This document shows positions 10,247 to 23,718 of a stretch of 64,000 nucleotides of DNA, piece after piece. The stretch covers positions 8,545-72,544 of the forward strand of contig KB910566.1 in the NCBI GenBank assembly GCA_000383115.1. The letters run 5' to 3'. The notes under the pieces are model-generated. The model saw only the letters and a program-made list of their open reading frames with translations. It was not told where the DNA came from and did no database searches. Position 1 is the stretch's first letter, and each line of letters starts with the position of its first letter. Source of the stretch: an alpha proteobacterium SCGC AAA015-N04 (GTDB lineage: Bacteria; Pseudomonadota; Alphaproteobacteria; Puniceispirillales; Marisalimonadaceae). Position numbers and translations under genes: made by a program.

Positions 10247-11344
10247 ATGAAAATTAATATAATCAACGATAACGGATCAGGTCCCTGGGGAGGCGGTAGA
10301 GACCAAAATCCTTGGGGTCGAAAGCCTAATTCTAATGGCACTCCACCAGATGTAGATCAAATGCTAAAAGATAGTAAGGATAAACTAAAAAAAATGATGC
10401 CTTCTGGCTTTGGTGGTGGAAAAGGTTTTGCTATTTTGTTTTTCATTCTTTTAGCTATATGGCTAATGACAGGTATTTACAGAGTTAATCCACAACAACA
10501 AGGTGTTGTTATGAGGTTTGGTGAGTGGGTTAGAACAACTCCTCCTGGATTGCACTACCATTTACCTACTCCAATTGAGAAAGTTCTTACCCCAGATGTT
10601 ACTAGAGACAATAGAATAGAAATAGGTTACAGATCGTTTGGAGGGGCTGCCACTAGTAGAAGAGATGTACCAGATGAATCAAAAATGATTACAGGTGATG
10701 AAAATAATATTGATATTGATTTTATAGTTTTTTGGAAAATTTCCGATGCAGGGGCGTATTTATTTAACATACAAGATCCACCTGAAACAGTTAAAGTAGC
10801 TGCACAATCTGTTATGAGAGATATAATTGGTCAAACAAAAATACAAACAGCATTAACCGGTGGTAGGCAGGATATTCAGCTTAAAGCAAAAAACACACTT
10901 CAAGAACTTTTAAATGAATACGAAGCTGGCGTTGAAATAAGAGATGTTCAACTTTTATCTGTAAATCCTCCATCAGAAGTTATTGATGCATTTAATGACG
11001 TGCAACGTGCTAGACAAGATAGAGATACACTAATTAATGAAGCTGAAGCTTTTCGCAACGACATAGTTCCAAGAGCTCGTGGTGAAGCTGCTCAATTAAT
11101 TTCAGAAGCTGAGGCATATGCAAGTGAAGTTGTTAATAGAGCCAGAGGTGACGCCGATAGATTTAATTCAATATACAAGAGCTACAAATTGAATCCAGAG
11201 GTAACTGAATCAAGAATATATCTAGAAACAATGGAAAAGGTATTTTCCAGCGTTAAAAAAATTATAATGGATAAATCAGCCAGCTCCTCTGGTGTAGTTC
11301 CTTATTTACCCCTTGATCAACTCAAGCAAAAGGATAAAAAATAA
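10247..11344 (+). CDS. hflK: FtsH modulator HflK
   Basis: GPWG..NPWG N-terminus and SPFH domain. Confidence 0.95.
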   Translation: MKINIINDNGSGPWGGGRDQNPWGRKPNSNGTPPDVDQMLKDSKDKLKKMMPSGFGGGKGFAILFFILLAIWLMTGIYRVNPQQQGVVMRFGEWVRTTPPGLHYHLPTPIEKVLTPDVTRDNRIEIGYRSFGGAATSRRDVPDESKMITGDENNIDIDFIVFWKISDAGAYLFNIQDPPETVKVAAQSVMRDIIGQTKIQTALTGGRQDIQLKAKNTLQELLNEYEAGVEIRDVQLLSVNPPSEVIDAFNDVQRARQDRDTLINEAEAFRNDIVPRARGEAAQLISEAEAYASEVVNRARGDADRFNSIYKSYKLNPEVTESRIYLETMEKVFSSVKKIIMDKSASSSGVVPYLPLDQLKQKDKK

Positions 11345-12213
11345 TGTTTTCTTACAAATTCATTTCTGGCATTCTTATAATAGCATCCTTATTAGGTATT
11401 CTGAGTTCTTTTTTTACTGTTGACCAAACTCAACAGGCACTTGTTCTTCAGTTTGGTGAGCCTAAAAGGCTAGTTCAAAAACCTGGACTAAATTTTAAAA
11501 TACCTTTTATACAGGAAGTTACATTTTTCGAAAAAAGAGTTCTTTCACTAGTTTCTCAAGATTCTGAAGAAGTTATTTTAGCTGACCAAAAAAGACTTGA
11601 AGTTGATACCTACTCTAGATTCAGAATTACTGATCCTCTTTTATTCTATCAAACTGTTAGGAATGAGTTTGGAGCTCGTCAAAGATTAGAATCCATAATT
11701 GATTCATCTGTTCGCCGAGTTTTTGGTAAATTCGAACTTACAGCTATATTATCTGATGCCAGAACAAAAATTGTAGAAGATATTGGTGATGAAGTTAATT
11801 CAACAATAAAAAAATTAGGAATGGAAATTGTTGACGTTAGAATAAGAAGAGCTGACTATCCAGAAGCTACTAGTCAGAATATTTTTAATAGAATGAAAAC
11901 TGAAAGGGAACAAGAAGCTAAGGAGTTTAGAGCTGAAGGAGCTGAAGAAGCTCAAAAAATACGAGCAGATGCAGAAAAACAAAAAGTTGTACTTGTTGCT
12001 GAAAGTAAACGAAAAGCCGAAGCATTAAGAGGTAATGGAGACGCATTAGCCATTAAAATTTATTCAGATGCATTTGGTCAAGACGAAAAGTTTTTTAAAT
12101 TTTATCGTTCAATGCTTGCTTATGAAAATACATTTGCTGATGATGGTACAACAATGTTGTTAAGTCCAGACAGTGATTTTTTCAGTTTTTTTGGCAAACA
12201 AGATGGTAACTAA
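11344..12213 (+). CDS. hflC: FtsH modulator HflC
   Basis: SPFH domain with RM..ERE and FFKFYRS motifs. Confidence 0.95.
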   Translation: MFSYKFISGILIIASLLGILSSFFTVDQTQQALVLQFGEPKRLVQKPGLNFKIPFIQEVTFFEKRVLSLVSQDSEEVILADQKRLEVDTYSRFRITDPLLFYQTVRNEFGARQRLESIIDSSVRRVFGKFELTAILSDARTKIVEDIGDEVNSTIKKLGMEIVDVRIRRADYPEATSQNIFNRMKTEREQEAKEFRAEGAEEAQKIRADAEKQKVVLVAESKRKAEALRGNGDALAIKIYSDAFGQDEKFFKFYRSMLAYENTFADDGTTMLLSPDSDFFSFFGKQDGN

Positions 12214-12314
12214 AATCTTTATATAAGTATGAACTAACTTAAACTAATCAAAAATTCGCAAAATTTAGCCTTAAATGTGCCTTATTTTGTTTATATTTAT
12301 CTAGAATATTTACG

Positions 12315-13766
12315 GTGAAAACAATGAAAAGCTTTTTAAATTTTTTTAAATTATTCTTATACTTTTTTAGTTTTAAAATATCAATATTTTTAATTTTAAT
12401 CAGCGTTGCAAACGCCAGAAGTGCACCAGATAGTTTTGCAGATCTTGCAGAAAAGTTAAGCCCTTCTGTTGTTAATATCTCAACCACTACATTAATTGAA
12501 CAAAAATCAAGAGATATTCCATCTTTTCCTCCTGGTTCACCTTTTGAAGATTTTTTTAAACGTTTTGATAATCCGAATGGTCAGAAAAGAAAAGCTCAAT
12601 CATTGGGTTCAGGTTTTATCATTGATGAGAAAGGTTTCATCATAACTAACAATCACGTTATAGATAACGCAGAAAAAATCATGGTTATTTTACATGATGA
12701 CACTTCATTTGAGGCCAAAGTTGTTGGCAAAGATCCGAAAACTGATGTGGCTCTTTTGAAAATTGATCCCAAAAAGACTAAATTGGTTGCCGTAGATTTC
12801 GGAGACTCAGACAAACTTAGAGTGGGCGATTGGGTCATGGCTATTGGAAATCCATTTGGTTTTGGTGGTACAGTTACTGCTGGGATTGTGTCTGCTAGAG
12901 GTAGAAACTTGTCTGGTTCATACGATGACTATATACAAACTGATGCATCAATAAATAGAGGTAATTCAGGTGGTCCTCTTTTTGATATGAAAGGCAATGT
13001 TGTAGGAATTAACACAGCTATATTCTCTCAGTCAGGGGGGTCAGTAGGGATTGGCTTTGCTGTCTCATCAAATTTAGCTAAACAAGTCACTGATCAGTTG
13101 AAATTGTACGGTAGAACTAAAAGAGGTTGGCTTGGAGTGCTAATTCAAGAGATATCTTCAGATATAGCTGATGGTTTGGGTATGAAAGAAGCAAAAGGAG
13201 CATTGGTATCTTCTGCAACTATGGGTGGGCCAGCTGAAAAAGCTGGTGTCAAGACTGGTGATGTTATACTCAAATTTAATAATATTGATATTAAAAATAT
13301 GAAGGAACTCCCAAAAGTAGTTGCTGGAACACCTGTTGGAGAGTCTGTTCCATTAGTAATATTAAGAAATGGCAAAAAATTGATACTTAATGTTACTTTA
13401 GGTGAATTAGAGTTAGCTGAGAAAGATAATTTAATTGGGAAAACTAATAATAATAAAAACAAATCTAAAGTTTACTCAAAATTAGGTTTTACGGCTGAAG
13501 AAATAAATCGAAATAATAAAAGCAAATTTAAAATCAAAGATATTGACACAGGAATTGTAATTACAGCTGTAAAGGATAACACTCCTGCTCAAGAAGCAGG
13601 GTTGTTTCCAGGAATGGTAATCATTCGTGTTGGGCAGATAGAAGTCAATTCATTAAATGTAATTGATGAGGCTATTGATAATGCTAAAAAACAAAAAAGA
13701 AAAGCTTTATTGTTATTAGTAAAGGTAGAGGATGGAACAAGATTTGTTGCCTTGGAACTTAAATAA
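12315..13766 (+). CDS. degP: DegP/HtrA serine protease with two PDZ domains
   Basis: TNNHV and GNSGGPL motifs. Confidence 0.92.
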   Translation: MKTMKSFLNFFKLFLYFFSFKISIFLILISVANARSAPDSFADLAEKLSPSVVNISTTTLIEQKSRDIPSFPPGSPFEDFFKRFDNPNGQKRKAQSLGSGFIIDEKGFIITNNHVIDNAEKIMVILHDDTSFEAKVVGKDPKTDVALLKIDPKKTKLVAVDFGDSDKLRVGDWVMAIGNPFGFGGTVTAGIVSARGRNLSGSYDDYIQTDASINRGNSGGPLFDMKGNVVGINTAIFSQSGGSVGIGFAVSSNLAKQVTDQLKLYGRTKRGWLGVLIQEISSDIADGLGMKEAKGALVSSATMGGPAEKAGVKTGDVILKFNNIDIKNMKELPKVVAGTPVGESVPLVILRNGKKLILNVTLGELELAEKDNLIGKTNNNKNKSKVYSKLGFTAEEINRNNKSKFKIKDIDTGIVITAVKDNTPAQEAGLFPGMVIIRVGQIEVNSLNVIDEAIDNAKKQKRKALLLLVKVEDGTRFVALELK

Positions 13767-13773
13767 AATTATT

Positions 13774-14688
13774 TTAATTTAAAATTTCTCTATCTTTGTA
13801 CCCTTGCGCATATAATAATCCTAATAAGTTGGTGTTTTTAAAATGAATATTCGCAAAATCGTCTAGCACTTTTTTTCCATTAAATGAAACTCCTAAACCA
13901 GCTTTCTGGACCATCTCTTTATCGTTTGCACCGTCACCAACGCATATTGCGTCATCATATGTAAGTTGGTATTCTTTAATATATTTATCCAAATAAGCCC
14001 TCTTTGCTTTTTTATCTAATATTGGATCAAGAACTTTGCCTGAAAGTTCTTTAATTCTATTTTTTTTTATAATTTCAAGTTTGTTTGCATGCGAATAATT
14101 AAAACCTAATAATTGTTTTAAATGATCAGTCAAAAAAGTGAAACCGCCTGAAACTAGAACAGTTGTTGCTCCATTTTGTTTCATAGTTTTTATAACTTCC
14201 TGGGCGCCATCGTTAATGTTAATATTTTGTTTTAGATTATCCAATACTTGGGTTTTGCAGCCTTGAAGAATAGCAACTCGTTCTATTAATGCTTTTTTGA
14301 AATCAATTTTACCATTCATTGCCTCACTTGTGATTTTTTTAATCTTTTCTTCTTGGCCAAGATGCTTAGCTAATTCATTGAGACTCTCTTCTTTTATAAT
14401 AGTCCCATCCATATCTGCTATAAGCAATTTTTTTTTCCTATCTTTTTTTTTAAAATTAATAAAGTTGCAGTCTATATTGGATTTTATAAATTTTTTTTTT
14501 ATGATTAATTTAAATTCTTTTATACCATTATTAAAAAATAACTCCCATTCATAGGCTTTTTGGGGACTTAATTCTCTATATTCTGATTTTGTAGACGTAT
14601 TTTTTTCTATTTGACTAGATACATAATTTAAAGTGTTATCATCAATGATTCTATCATTAGTATTAGATATTAATAGGTATTGTTTCAT
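13774..14688 (-). CDS. serB: Phosphoserine phosphatase
   Basis: DMDGT, SGGF and GDGAND HAD motifs. Confidence 0.93.
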   Translation of the reverse strand: MKQYLLISNTNDRIIDDNTLNYVSSQIEKNTSTKSEYRELSPQKAYEWELFFNNGIKEFKLIIKKKFIKSNIDCNFINFKKKDRKKKLLIADMDGTIIKEESLNELAKHLGQEEKIKKITSEAMNGKIDFKKALIERVAILQGCKTQVLDNLKQNININDGAQEVIKTMKQNGATTVLVSGGFTFLTDHLKQLLGFNYSHANKLEIIKKNRIKELSGKVLDPILDKKAKRAYLDKYIKEYQLTYDDAICVGDGANDKEMVQKAGLGVSFNGKKVLDDFANIHFKNTNLLGLLYAQGYKDREILN

Positions 14689-14717
14689 AAAAATTTAGAT
14701 ATATTATTAATTTTATT

Positions 14718-15641
14718 ATGTCTACTCTAATTAATATTAAAGATTTGTTTGATTTATCAAAAAATAAATACTCGCACCTGAATGATTTAATTATAATTGG
14801 AGGACCAACTTGTGTCGGAAAATCAAAAATAGCAATTCAATTAGCTAAAAAAATAGATGGTGTTCTAATTAATGCTGATTCAATCCAAGTATATAAAGAT
14901 TTACGCTTACTATCTGCTAGACCCACGTTAGAGGATGAAAAAATTGTTCCACATTTTTTATACGGTTATGTGAAATCACAAGTTAATTATTCTGTTGGTA
15001 AATGGTTAAATGATTTAAATAAAACATTAGAACATGTAAAAAAAATGCAAAAAACACCTATTTTGGTTGGCGGATCTGGACTTTATTTAAATTCAATTAT
15101 CAAAGGATTAGTTTCAATTCCAAAAATCTCAGAAAAAATTAAGAAACAGAGTGTATTTACATTGAATAAATTAGGTATTGAAAAATTTAGACAACTTAAC
15201 TTCAAAATTGACCCTATATTTGTAAATAAAAATATCGATCAACAGAGATTGATTAGGGCATATAGTGTTTACTTACAGACTAATAAAAATATGTCATTTT
15301 GGTATAGTAATCCTAGAAAAAATCTAATTAAAAAAAAAATTTATCCTTTTTTAATAAAATTAGATAGGGATTTAATATACAAAAACTGTGAAACCAGGTT
15401 CGATGATATGCTAGATAAAGGAGCTCTTGAAGAAGTAAAGCTGCTAAAGAATAGTTATATTGATCAATCACTTCCAATTATGAAATCTTTAGGTGTTAAG
15501 TGGTTAATAAAATATCTAAGTAATGAAGTATCCTTAGAAATGGCAATAAAATTAAGCAAAAGAGATACTAGAAGATATGTAAAAAGACAAATAACGTGGT
15601 TTTCTCATAATTATATTCCATATAAAATCATTAATTTGTAA
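14718..15641 (+). CDS. miaA: tRNA dimethylallyltransferase
   Basis: GPTCVGKS, DSIQVY and KRQITWF motifs. Confidence 0.96.
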   Translation: MSTLINIKDLFDLSKNKYSHLNDLIIIGGPTCVGKSKIAIQLAKKIDGVLINADSIQVYKDLRLLSARPTLEDEKIVPHFLYGYVKSQVNYSVGKWLNDLNKTLEHVKKMQKTPILVGGSGLYLNSIIKGLVSIPKISEKIKKQSVFTLNKLGIEKFRQLNFKIDPIFVNKNIDQQRLIRAYSVYLQTNKNMSFWYSNPRKNLIKKKIYPFLIKLDRDLIYKNCETRFDDMLDKGALEEVKLLKNSYIDQSLPIMKSLGVKWLIKYLSNEVSLEMAIKLSKRDTRRYVKRQITWFSHNYIPYKIINL

Positions 15642-15749
15642 TTTTATTTCAAATTAATGATATTTATTATAATTTTATAATATAAAGTTGACCTTTTAAC
15701 AAAATGTTGTTAACAACCAAGTTTATCATCAATCTGAAAGAATTTTTAA

Positions 15750-17519
15750 ATGAGTATTAATAATGATATGACTGGTGCTGAGGCTATTATAAAGGCTTTG
15801 GTGGATAATGATGTAGAAGTTATTTTCGGATATCCCGGGGGAGCCGTGCTTCCACTATATGACGCAATATATGAGAATAAAAAAATAAAACATGTTCTTG
15901 TCAGGCATGAACAGGCTGCAGTTCATGCTGCTGAAGGATATGCAAGATCAACTGGAAAAGTTGGTTGTGTACTTGTTACATCAGGTCCAGGAGCTACAAA
16001 TGCTATAACTGGTCTTACGGATGCATTAATGGACTCTATTCCGATAATTTGTCTTAGTGGTCAAGTTCCTACCCACTTGATAGGAACTGATGCTTTTCAA
16101 GAAGCTGATACGACAGGAATTTCAAGACCTTGTACAAAACATAACTATTTGGTAAAAAACTCAGATTTATTATGTGAAACTATACATGAATCTTTTGAAA
16201 TTGCCTCGTCAGGCAGACCGGGTCCTGTTCTTATTGATTTACCAAAAGATATCCAACTCTCAAAGGTAAAATATAAAAAAAAATCAATTAATTCGAAATT
16301 ATTTTCAAATATAAATTATAGTAAAAATAAAATTGACATGGAATTGATTTCAAAAGCAGCTAGGTTATTTCTTAGTGCTGAAAAACCAATAATATACGGA
16401 GGTGGTGGACTAATAAATTCAGGTCCTGAAGCATCCAAACTCTTAACAGAACTAGTTGATTTGCTAAATGTTCCTGTAACTTTAACACTTATGGGACTAG
16501 GATCCATCTCTAATTTAAACAAAAACTTTTTGGGTATGCTGGGTATGCATGGAACATATGAAGCAAATATGGCAATGCATAATTGTGATGTCATGCTTAA
16601 TATTGGCGCTCGTTTTGATGATCGTGTTACTGGTAGATTGAATGCTTTTTCTCCTAAATCAAAAAAAATTCATATAGACATTGATAAATCATCCATAAAT
16701 AAAGTTGTCTCCGTAGATTATGGGATAGTTGGAGATTGCAAAGAAGTATTATTACTACTAATTAAAGAAATTAAAAAACTTCATAACAAAAAAAGTATGA
16801 AGTCTAATTTTGTATGGTGGTCTCAGATAAATGAGTGGAAAAAGAGAGATTCTTTGGGCTTTAAACAAATTGGAAAAAGTATCAAGCCACAGCAGGCAAT
16901 AAAATCTTTATATGAAAAAACACTAACATTTGATACTTTTGTAACTACAGAAGTAGGTCAGCATCAAATGTGGGCTGCACAATATTTTGGCTTTTCAAAA
17001 CCTAATCATTGGATGACTTCAGGAGGTTTAGGTACCATGGGTTATGGACTACCTTCATCTGTCGGAGTTCAGATTGCACATCCTAAGTCCCTAGTAATTG
17101 ATATTTCTGGAGAAGCATCTTTCTTGATGAATATGCAAGAACTTTCCACAATTGTACAATATAAATTGCCAATAAAAATTTTTATTTTAAATAATCAATG
17201 GATGGGTATGGTCAGACAGTGGCAAGAGCTTAATCATGGTTCAAGATATAGCGAAAGTTATACGGCTTCATTACCAGACTTTGTGTTATTAGCAAAAAGC
17301 TTTGGAATACATGGTTTGAGAGTTGAGGATATAAATAATTTAGAAACTAAAATTGACGAAATGATTAATATTGAAGGTCCTGTGATAGCTGATATACGCA
17401 TAGAAAAAGAAGAAAATTGTTTTCCAATGATTCCCTCAGGAGCTGCACATAATGAGATGATTTTGAGTTCTGACCAAAAAAAACAAGATACTACTGAAGA
17501 AGGTTTAGCATTAGTTTAG
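15750..17519 (+). CDS. ilvB: Acetolactate synthase large subunit
   Basis: FGYPGG, RHEQ and GGLGTMG motifs. Confidence 0.95.
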   Translation: MSINNDMTGAEAIIKALVDNDVEVIFGYPGGAVLPLYDAIYENKKIKHVLVRHEQAAVHAAEGYARSTGKVGCVLVTSGPGATNAITGLTDALMDSIPIICLSGQVPTHLIGTDAFQEADTTGISRPCTKHNYLVKNSDLLCETIHESFEIASSGRPGPVLIDLPKDIQLSKVKYKKKSINSKLFSNINYSKNKIDMELISKAARLFLSAEKPIIYGGGGLINSGPEASKLLTELVDLLNVPVTLTLMGLGSISNLNKNFLGMLGMHGTYEANMAMHNCDVMLNIGARFDDRVTGRLNAFSPKSKKIHIDIDKSSINKVVSVDYGIVGDCKEVLLLLIKEIKKLHNKKSMKSNFVWWSQINEWKKRDSLGFKQIGKSIKPQQAIKSLYEKTLTFDTFVTTEVGQHQMWAAQYFGFSKPNHWMTSGGLGTMGYGLPSSVGVQIAHPKSLVIDISGEASFLMNMQELSTIVQYKLPIKIFILNNQWMGMVRQWQELNHGSRYSESYTASLPDFVLLAKSFGIHGLRVEDINNLETKIDEMINIEGPVIADIRIEKEENCFPMIPSGAAHNEMILSSDQKKQDTTEEGLALV

Positions 17520-17530
17520 GGTTTATATAA

Positions 17531-18082
17531 ATGTCAGTTTATCAAAAAAATGATATTGAAGAAGAAGAAATATCCAGAACATTATCACTAGTTGTTGATA
17601 ATCAACCAGGAACATTAGCCAGAGTAATAGGACTTTTTTCTGGAAGAGGCTACAATATTGAAAGTTTAACCGTAACTGAGATAGATAATAGGCGTCACCT
17701 ATCAAAAATATCTCTTGTTACAAGAGGCACTTCAATGACCATTGAACAAATAAAATCCCAACTTCTTAGAATTGTCCCTGTGCATATAGTTAGAGATTTA
17801 ACATTAGATGGTCCCTTCATTGAGAGTGAATTGGCATTGATCAAATTAGTTGTTAAAGGAGCAAATAGAGTAGAAGCTTTAAGAATCTCTGAAACATTTA
17901 GAGCTCGAACATTAGATGTAACATTATCAAGCTTTGTATTCGAATTAACTGGGAAGCCAGTAAAAATTGATGCTTTTATAGGACTTATGCAATCTCTTGG
18001 AGATACAGAAATTTCAAGAACAGGTGTGTCAGCAATTTCAAGAGGAAATAACACAGACACAAAATTACTAGAACAGATCTAA
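17531..18082 (+). CDS. ilvH: Acetolactate synthase small subunit
   Basis: ACT domain with GLFSGRGYNIESL. Confidence 0.95.
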   Translation: MSVYQKNDIEEEEISRTLSLVVDNQPGTLARVIGLFSGRGYNIESLTVTEIDNRRHLSKISLVTRGTSMTIEQIKSQLLRIVPVHIVRDLTLDGPFIESELALIKLVVKGANRVEALRISETFRARTLDVTLSSFVFELTGKPVKIDAFIGLMQSLGDTEISRTGVSAISRGNNTDTKLLEQI

Positions 18083-18133
18083 CTTTACTGATATTAAGAA
18101 AAAAGATTATTTTCATACGTAAGGAGTTACTAA

Positions 18134-19153
<1,020 letters not shown>

Positions 19154-19230
19154 TATTTATTTATCACTTAATTAAGAATATATCTTTTATATATTAGTTA
19201 CATATATAACTTTTTAGGATATTATTATAG

Positions 19231-20286
<1,056 letters not shown>

Positions 20287-20319
20287 TTTTGATTAATTTT
20301 TTTTAATGAGTGAGATAAG

Positions 20320-21252
20320 ATGGTTTCAGGTAAGCCGTCAAACATTAAGATAAAACAAGGAAAAAGTTTTAATCTTTTGTTAATAATTTTATGTTTAGTT
20401 TTAGTTTTTTTAGGTAAGTTTGATCTAGTTGCTGTTCGAAATTTCAAAGCTTTTTTATCTGATTTTTTGGCTCCTATAACTTATGCATTTAATAAGCCTG
20501 TAAAAGAAATTGCAGGTGTGATTGAAGAAGTAAAGTCTGCGGGAGTTCTTCGTGATGAAAATATTAGATTAAAAAGTGAGATCAGAAGGTTGAAAGCTTT
20601 AAATAGCAAGTCCGCTAGTAATGAGTTTGAATTATTAGAATTAAGAGAGTTGTTAAAAGTAATACCTAAAAATAAAAATAAAATAGTAACCGGGAGAGCT
20701 TTGACAGCACCTGGTGGAATTTTTGCAAATACTGTTTTAATAAATGCTGGCAAAAAGGATGGTATAAAAATTGGTCAGCCAGCCATCTCTTCTCTTGGTC
20801 TAGTTGGTCACGTCGTAAATGTTGGTTTAAATACAAGTAGAGTTTTACTAATTATAGACATAAATTCAATGATACCGATATATCTTACTGAAAGTAATTG
20901 GCCAGCAGTGGTTCAAGGTCAAAATGGTGAACTTTTGAAAATTAAATTTTTATCATCTGAAGCCGACTTAATAGAAGGAGAATCTCTTGAAACATCAGGG
21001 CATGGTGGAAGATTGCCTCCAGGAATAAATGTTGGAAATGTTATAAAAAGCTTTTCGGGTAAATATTATGTAAAACCTACTGTAAACTTTCATAGATTAA
21101 CTTACGTATCAATTATTACTAATGCTAATCTGAAAGATAATATTAATAAGACTTTTGATGGATTTGCTCCTCTTCAAAAACCTTCACCATCTATTGGGTT
21201 TAAAGGATTAGATGCTAGTGGTAAAAGAAATATTGAAAGTTTACAAAATTGA
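20320..21252 (+). CDS. mreC: Rod shape protein MreC
   Basis: TM, coiled coil and beta-barrel; synteny. Confidence 0.9.
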   Translation: MVSGKPSNIKIKQGKSFNLLLIILCLVLVFLGKFDLVAVRNFKAFLSDFLAPITYAFNKPVKEIAGVIEEVKSAGVLRDENIRLKSEIRRLKALNSKSASNEFELLELRELLKVIPKNKNKIVTGRALTAPGGIFANTVLINAGKKDGIKIGQPAISSLGLVGHVVNVGLNTSRVLLIIDINSMIPIYLTESNWPAVVQGQNGELLKIKFLSSEADLIEGESLETSGHGGRLPPGINVGNVIKSFSGKYYVKPTVNFHRLTYVSIITNANLKDNINKTFDGFAPLQKPSPSIGFKGLDASGKRNIESLQN

Positions 21253-21773
21253 TGAATACTAATAATTTTTTTAATTTTTTTTATAATTTTTCTAAGAGTA
21301 TTTTTTTCTTAACAGGTTTATTTTTTTTATTAAGCATTGAAACATCTCTTATTTTTTTTCCAATTTTTAAAACTGCATCTCCTAGCCTAATTATAATTAC
21401 TATTTATTTTACTATTAAAAAGTTTAACTTTCCACCTTCGAATTTAAATTTATTATTCTTAGGTTTGCTAAATGATATTTACTTTGGAGGAAATTTAGGA
21501 TTGTCTTCTGCTTACTTTTTATTAATTAAATATTTAACGGAAGAGTTAAGTTTTGTGATGTTTAAAAAATATGATGGTGATTGGTTGAAATTTACTTTTA
21601 TATTTATTTGTTCTTTCAGTATAATTTTTTTAATCAACATTTTATTAAATCAATCTATTCCAGATATAAGTCCAATTCTTTATCATGTAGGAATTACATT
21701 AATTATATTCCCAATTTTGAATTTTGGTTTAAACGTTACTTTATTTTTAACAAATTTAATTAAAATTAACTAA
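21249..21773 (+). CDS. mreD: Rod shape protein MreD
   Basis: Hydrophobic with LGLLND..G..LG motif; lies between mreC and mrdA. Confidence 0.75.
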   Translation: MMNTNNFFNFFYNFSKSIFFLTGLFFLLSIETSLIFFPIFKTASPSLIIITIYFTIKKFNFPPSNLNLLFLGLLNDIYFGGNLGLSSAYFLLIKYLTEELSFVMFKKYDGDWLKFTFIFICSFSIIFLINILLNQSIPDISPILYHVGITLIIFPILNFGLNVTLFLTNLIKIN

Positions 21774-23704
21774 TGAAGCATAAAAGTCAAAAATTATTAG
21801 AACAAACATTATCTAGAAGATTTATTTTTTTGTCACTACTAAAAGGTGTAGTCATTGGATCAATAAGTTGGCGATTATTTGATTTGCAAATGATCGAAAA
21901 TCAGAAATATGAAAAATTGTCAGACGATAACCAATTCAATTATCACATCATTCCTCCTGAAAGAGGTAGAATATTAGACAGACAAATGAGATTGTTAGCA
22001 GGGAATATGGATGGATTTTCTTTAGTTTTGATTTGGAACAAGGAACAAGATGTTGATCAAATTATAAGAAGAATATCCAACGTAATAAAAATAAATAAAA
22101 GAGATATCAAAAATTTTTATGTACAACTAAAAAATAAAAGAAATAATTTTCCACAAGAAATTTTAATTACAAAAAATTTATCCCAAAAGGATGTATCGAA
22201 GTTGGCCGTAAGAAATATAGAATTTCCTGAAATTCGTTTTTCAATGTCAAAAAAAAGAGTTTATCCTCAAGGGATTATTGCTGGACATATTACAGGTTAT
22301 ACAGGAGCTTTTTCAAAGCTAGATAAAATTCACGGAGAAACAGCCACTTTTTCTGGAATTAATATTGGAAAGAGAGGACTTGAAAAATTTTTTGATACTC
22401 AATTAAGAGGTAAATTTGGAAGAAAAAGAAATGAAGTAACTTCTAGAGGTCACATTGTTGATTCACAAGTTTATGAAGATACTAAGCCCGGTAAAGATAT
22501 TCAGACATCCTTAGATATGAGATTACAAGCTTTTGCATTAGAGCGCCTTGAAAAGGGAAATTATGATTTGATATCTGTTCAGAATTATAAAATAAAAGAA
22601 CAACTAAAAAATAAACATGATTTGACATTGGCAAATGACAAATATGTTTATATTGATAAAAATAGAAAAGTTGTTTACCCACAAACTGGTTCGATAATTG
22701 TAATGGATATTGAAAATGGTGAAATTTTATGTTGTGTTTCATCTCCTGGCTTTAATCCTAATATATTTTCTAATGATTTAGATTTAGATCAATGGACAAA
22801 AATAAAAAATAATTCTAAAGCACCTTTATTAAATAGAAGTATGTCAGGAGTTTATCCACCTGGTTCTACAATTAAGATGGCTGTAGCCCTTGCTGGACTT
22901 GAAAGTGGAATTATTGATTACAAAACAAAATTCTTTTGCGAAGGTTTTAAAGAATTTGGTACTAGTAATTTTCATTGTTGGGCAAAAAATGGTCATGGAA
23001 ATTTAAATTTAATGCAAGCAATTGAACAATCTTGTGATGTATATTTTTATGAAATGGGAACAAAGATAGGTATTGATAGAATAGCATTAATGATGAAAAA
23101 ATTAGGTTTAGGTGAGATTTATGATATAGAAATTGATGACAGCTCGAAAGGTGTCGTTCCAAACATTGAATGGAAATTAAAAAGAGATGGTATCAATTGG
23201 ACACTCGGAGAAACTTTAAATGCTTCTATAGGTCAAGGATACATTCTAACAACTCCGCTTCAGTTAGTTACAATGACATCTAGAATAGCCAATGGAAAAT
23301 ATTCAATTAGTCCTACATTAATTAAAACTCATAGCAACAAATCTTTTAAAAACTTAAATATAAATCAAGAACATCTAAAATTTGTTAGAAGATCTATGGA
23401 AGAAGTTATAGTTGGAGAAAAGGGAACAGCAAAGAACTATAAAATTGGAACAAAAAATATTGAGATGGCTGGTAAAACTGGAACGGTACAGGTTGTAAGA
23501 ATTTCTGAACTGGAAAGAGAAAAGGGTTTAATTAAAAATGAAGATCGTCCCTGGAAAAAAAGAGATCATGCCCTTTTTGTTGGTTATGCTCCAGTTTCAA
23601 AGCCAAAGTATGCAATAAGTGTTGTAGTAGAACATGGGGGTAGTGGATCAACCGTCGCAGCTCCAATAGCGAGAGATATTTTTAAAAACTTATTTAGATT
23701 ATAA
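21773..23704 (+). CDS. mrdA: Penicillin-binding protein 2
   Basis: PERGRILDR, PGSTIK (SxxK), SCD and KTG motifs. Confidence 0.95.
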   Translation: MKHKSQKLLEQTLSRRFIFLSLLKGVVIGSISWRLFDLQMIENQKYEKLSDDNQFNYHIIPPERGRILDRQMRLLAGNMDGFSLVLIWNKEQDVDQIIRRISNVIKINKRDIKNFYVQLKNKRNNFPQEILITKNLSQKDVSKLAVRNIEFPEIRFSMSKKRVYPQGIIAGHITGYTGAFSKLDKIHGETATFSGINIGKRGLEKFFDTQLRGKFGRKRNEVTSRGHIVDSQVYEDTKPGKDIQTSLDMRLQAFALERLEKGNYDLISVQNYKIKEQLKNKHDLTLANDKYVYIDKNRKVVYPQTGSIIVMDIENGEILCCVSSPGFNPNIFSNDLDLDQWTKIKNNSKAPLLNRSMSGVYPPGSTIKMAVALAGLESGIIDYKTKFFCEGFKEFGTSNFHCWAKNGHGNLNLMQAIEQSCDVYFYEMGTKIGIDRIALMMKKLGLGEIYDIEIDDSSKGVVPNIEWKLKRDGINWTLGETLNASIGQGYILTTPLQLVTMTSRIANGKYSISPTLIKTHSNKSFKNLNINQEHLKFVRRSMEEVIVGEKGTAKNYKIGTKNIEMAGKTGTVQVVRISELEREKGLIKNEDRPWKKRDHALFVGYAPVSKPKYAISVVVEHGGSGSTVAAPIARDIFKNLFRL

Positions 23705-23718
23705 GTAAATATTATATT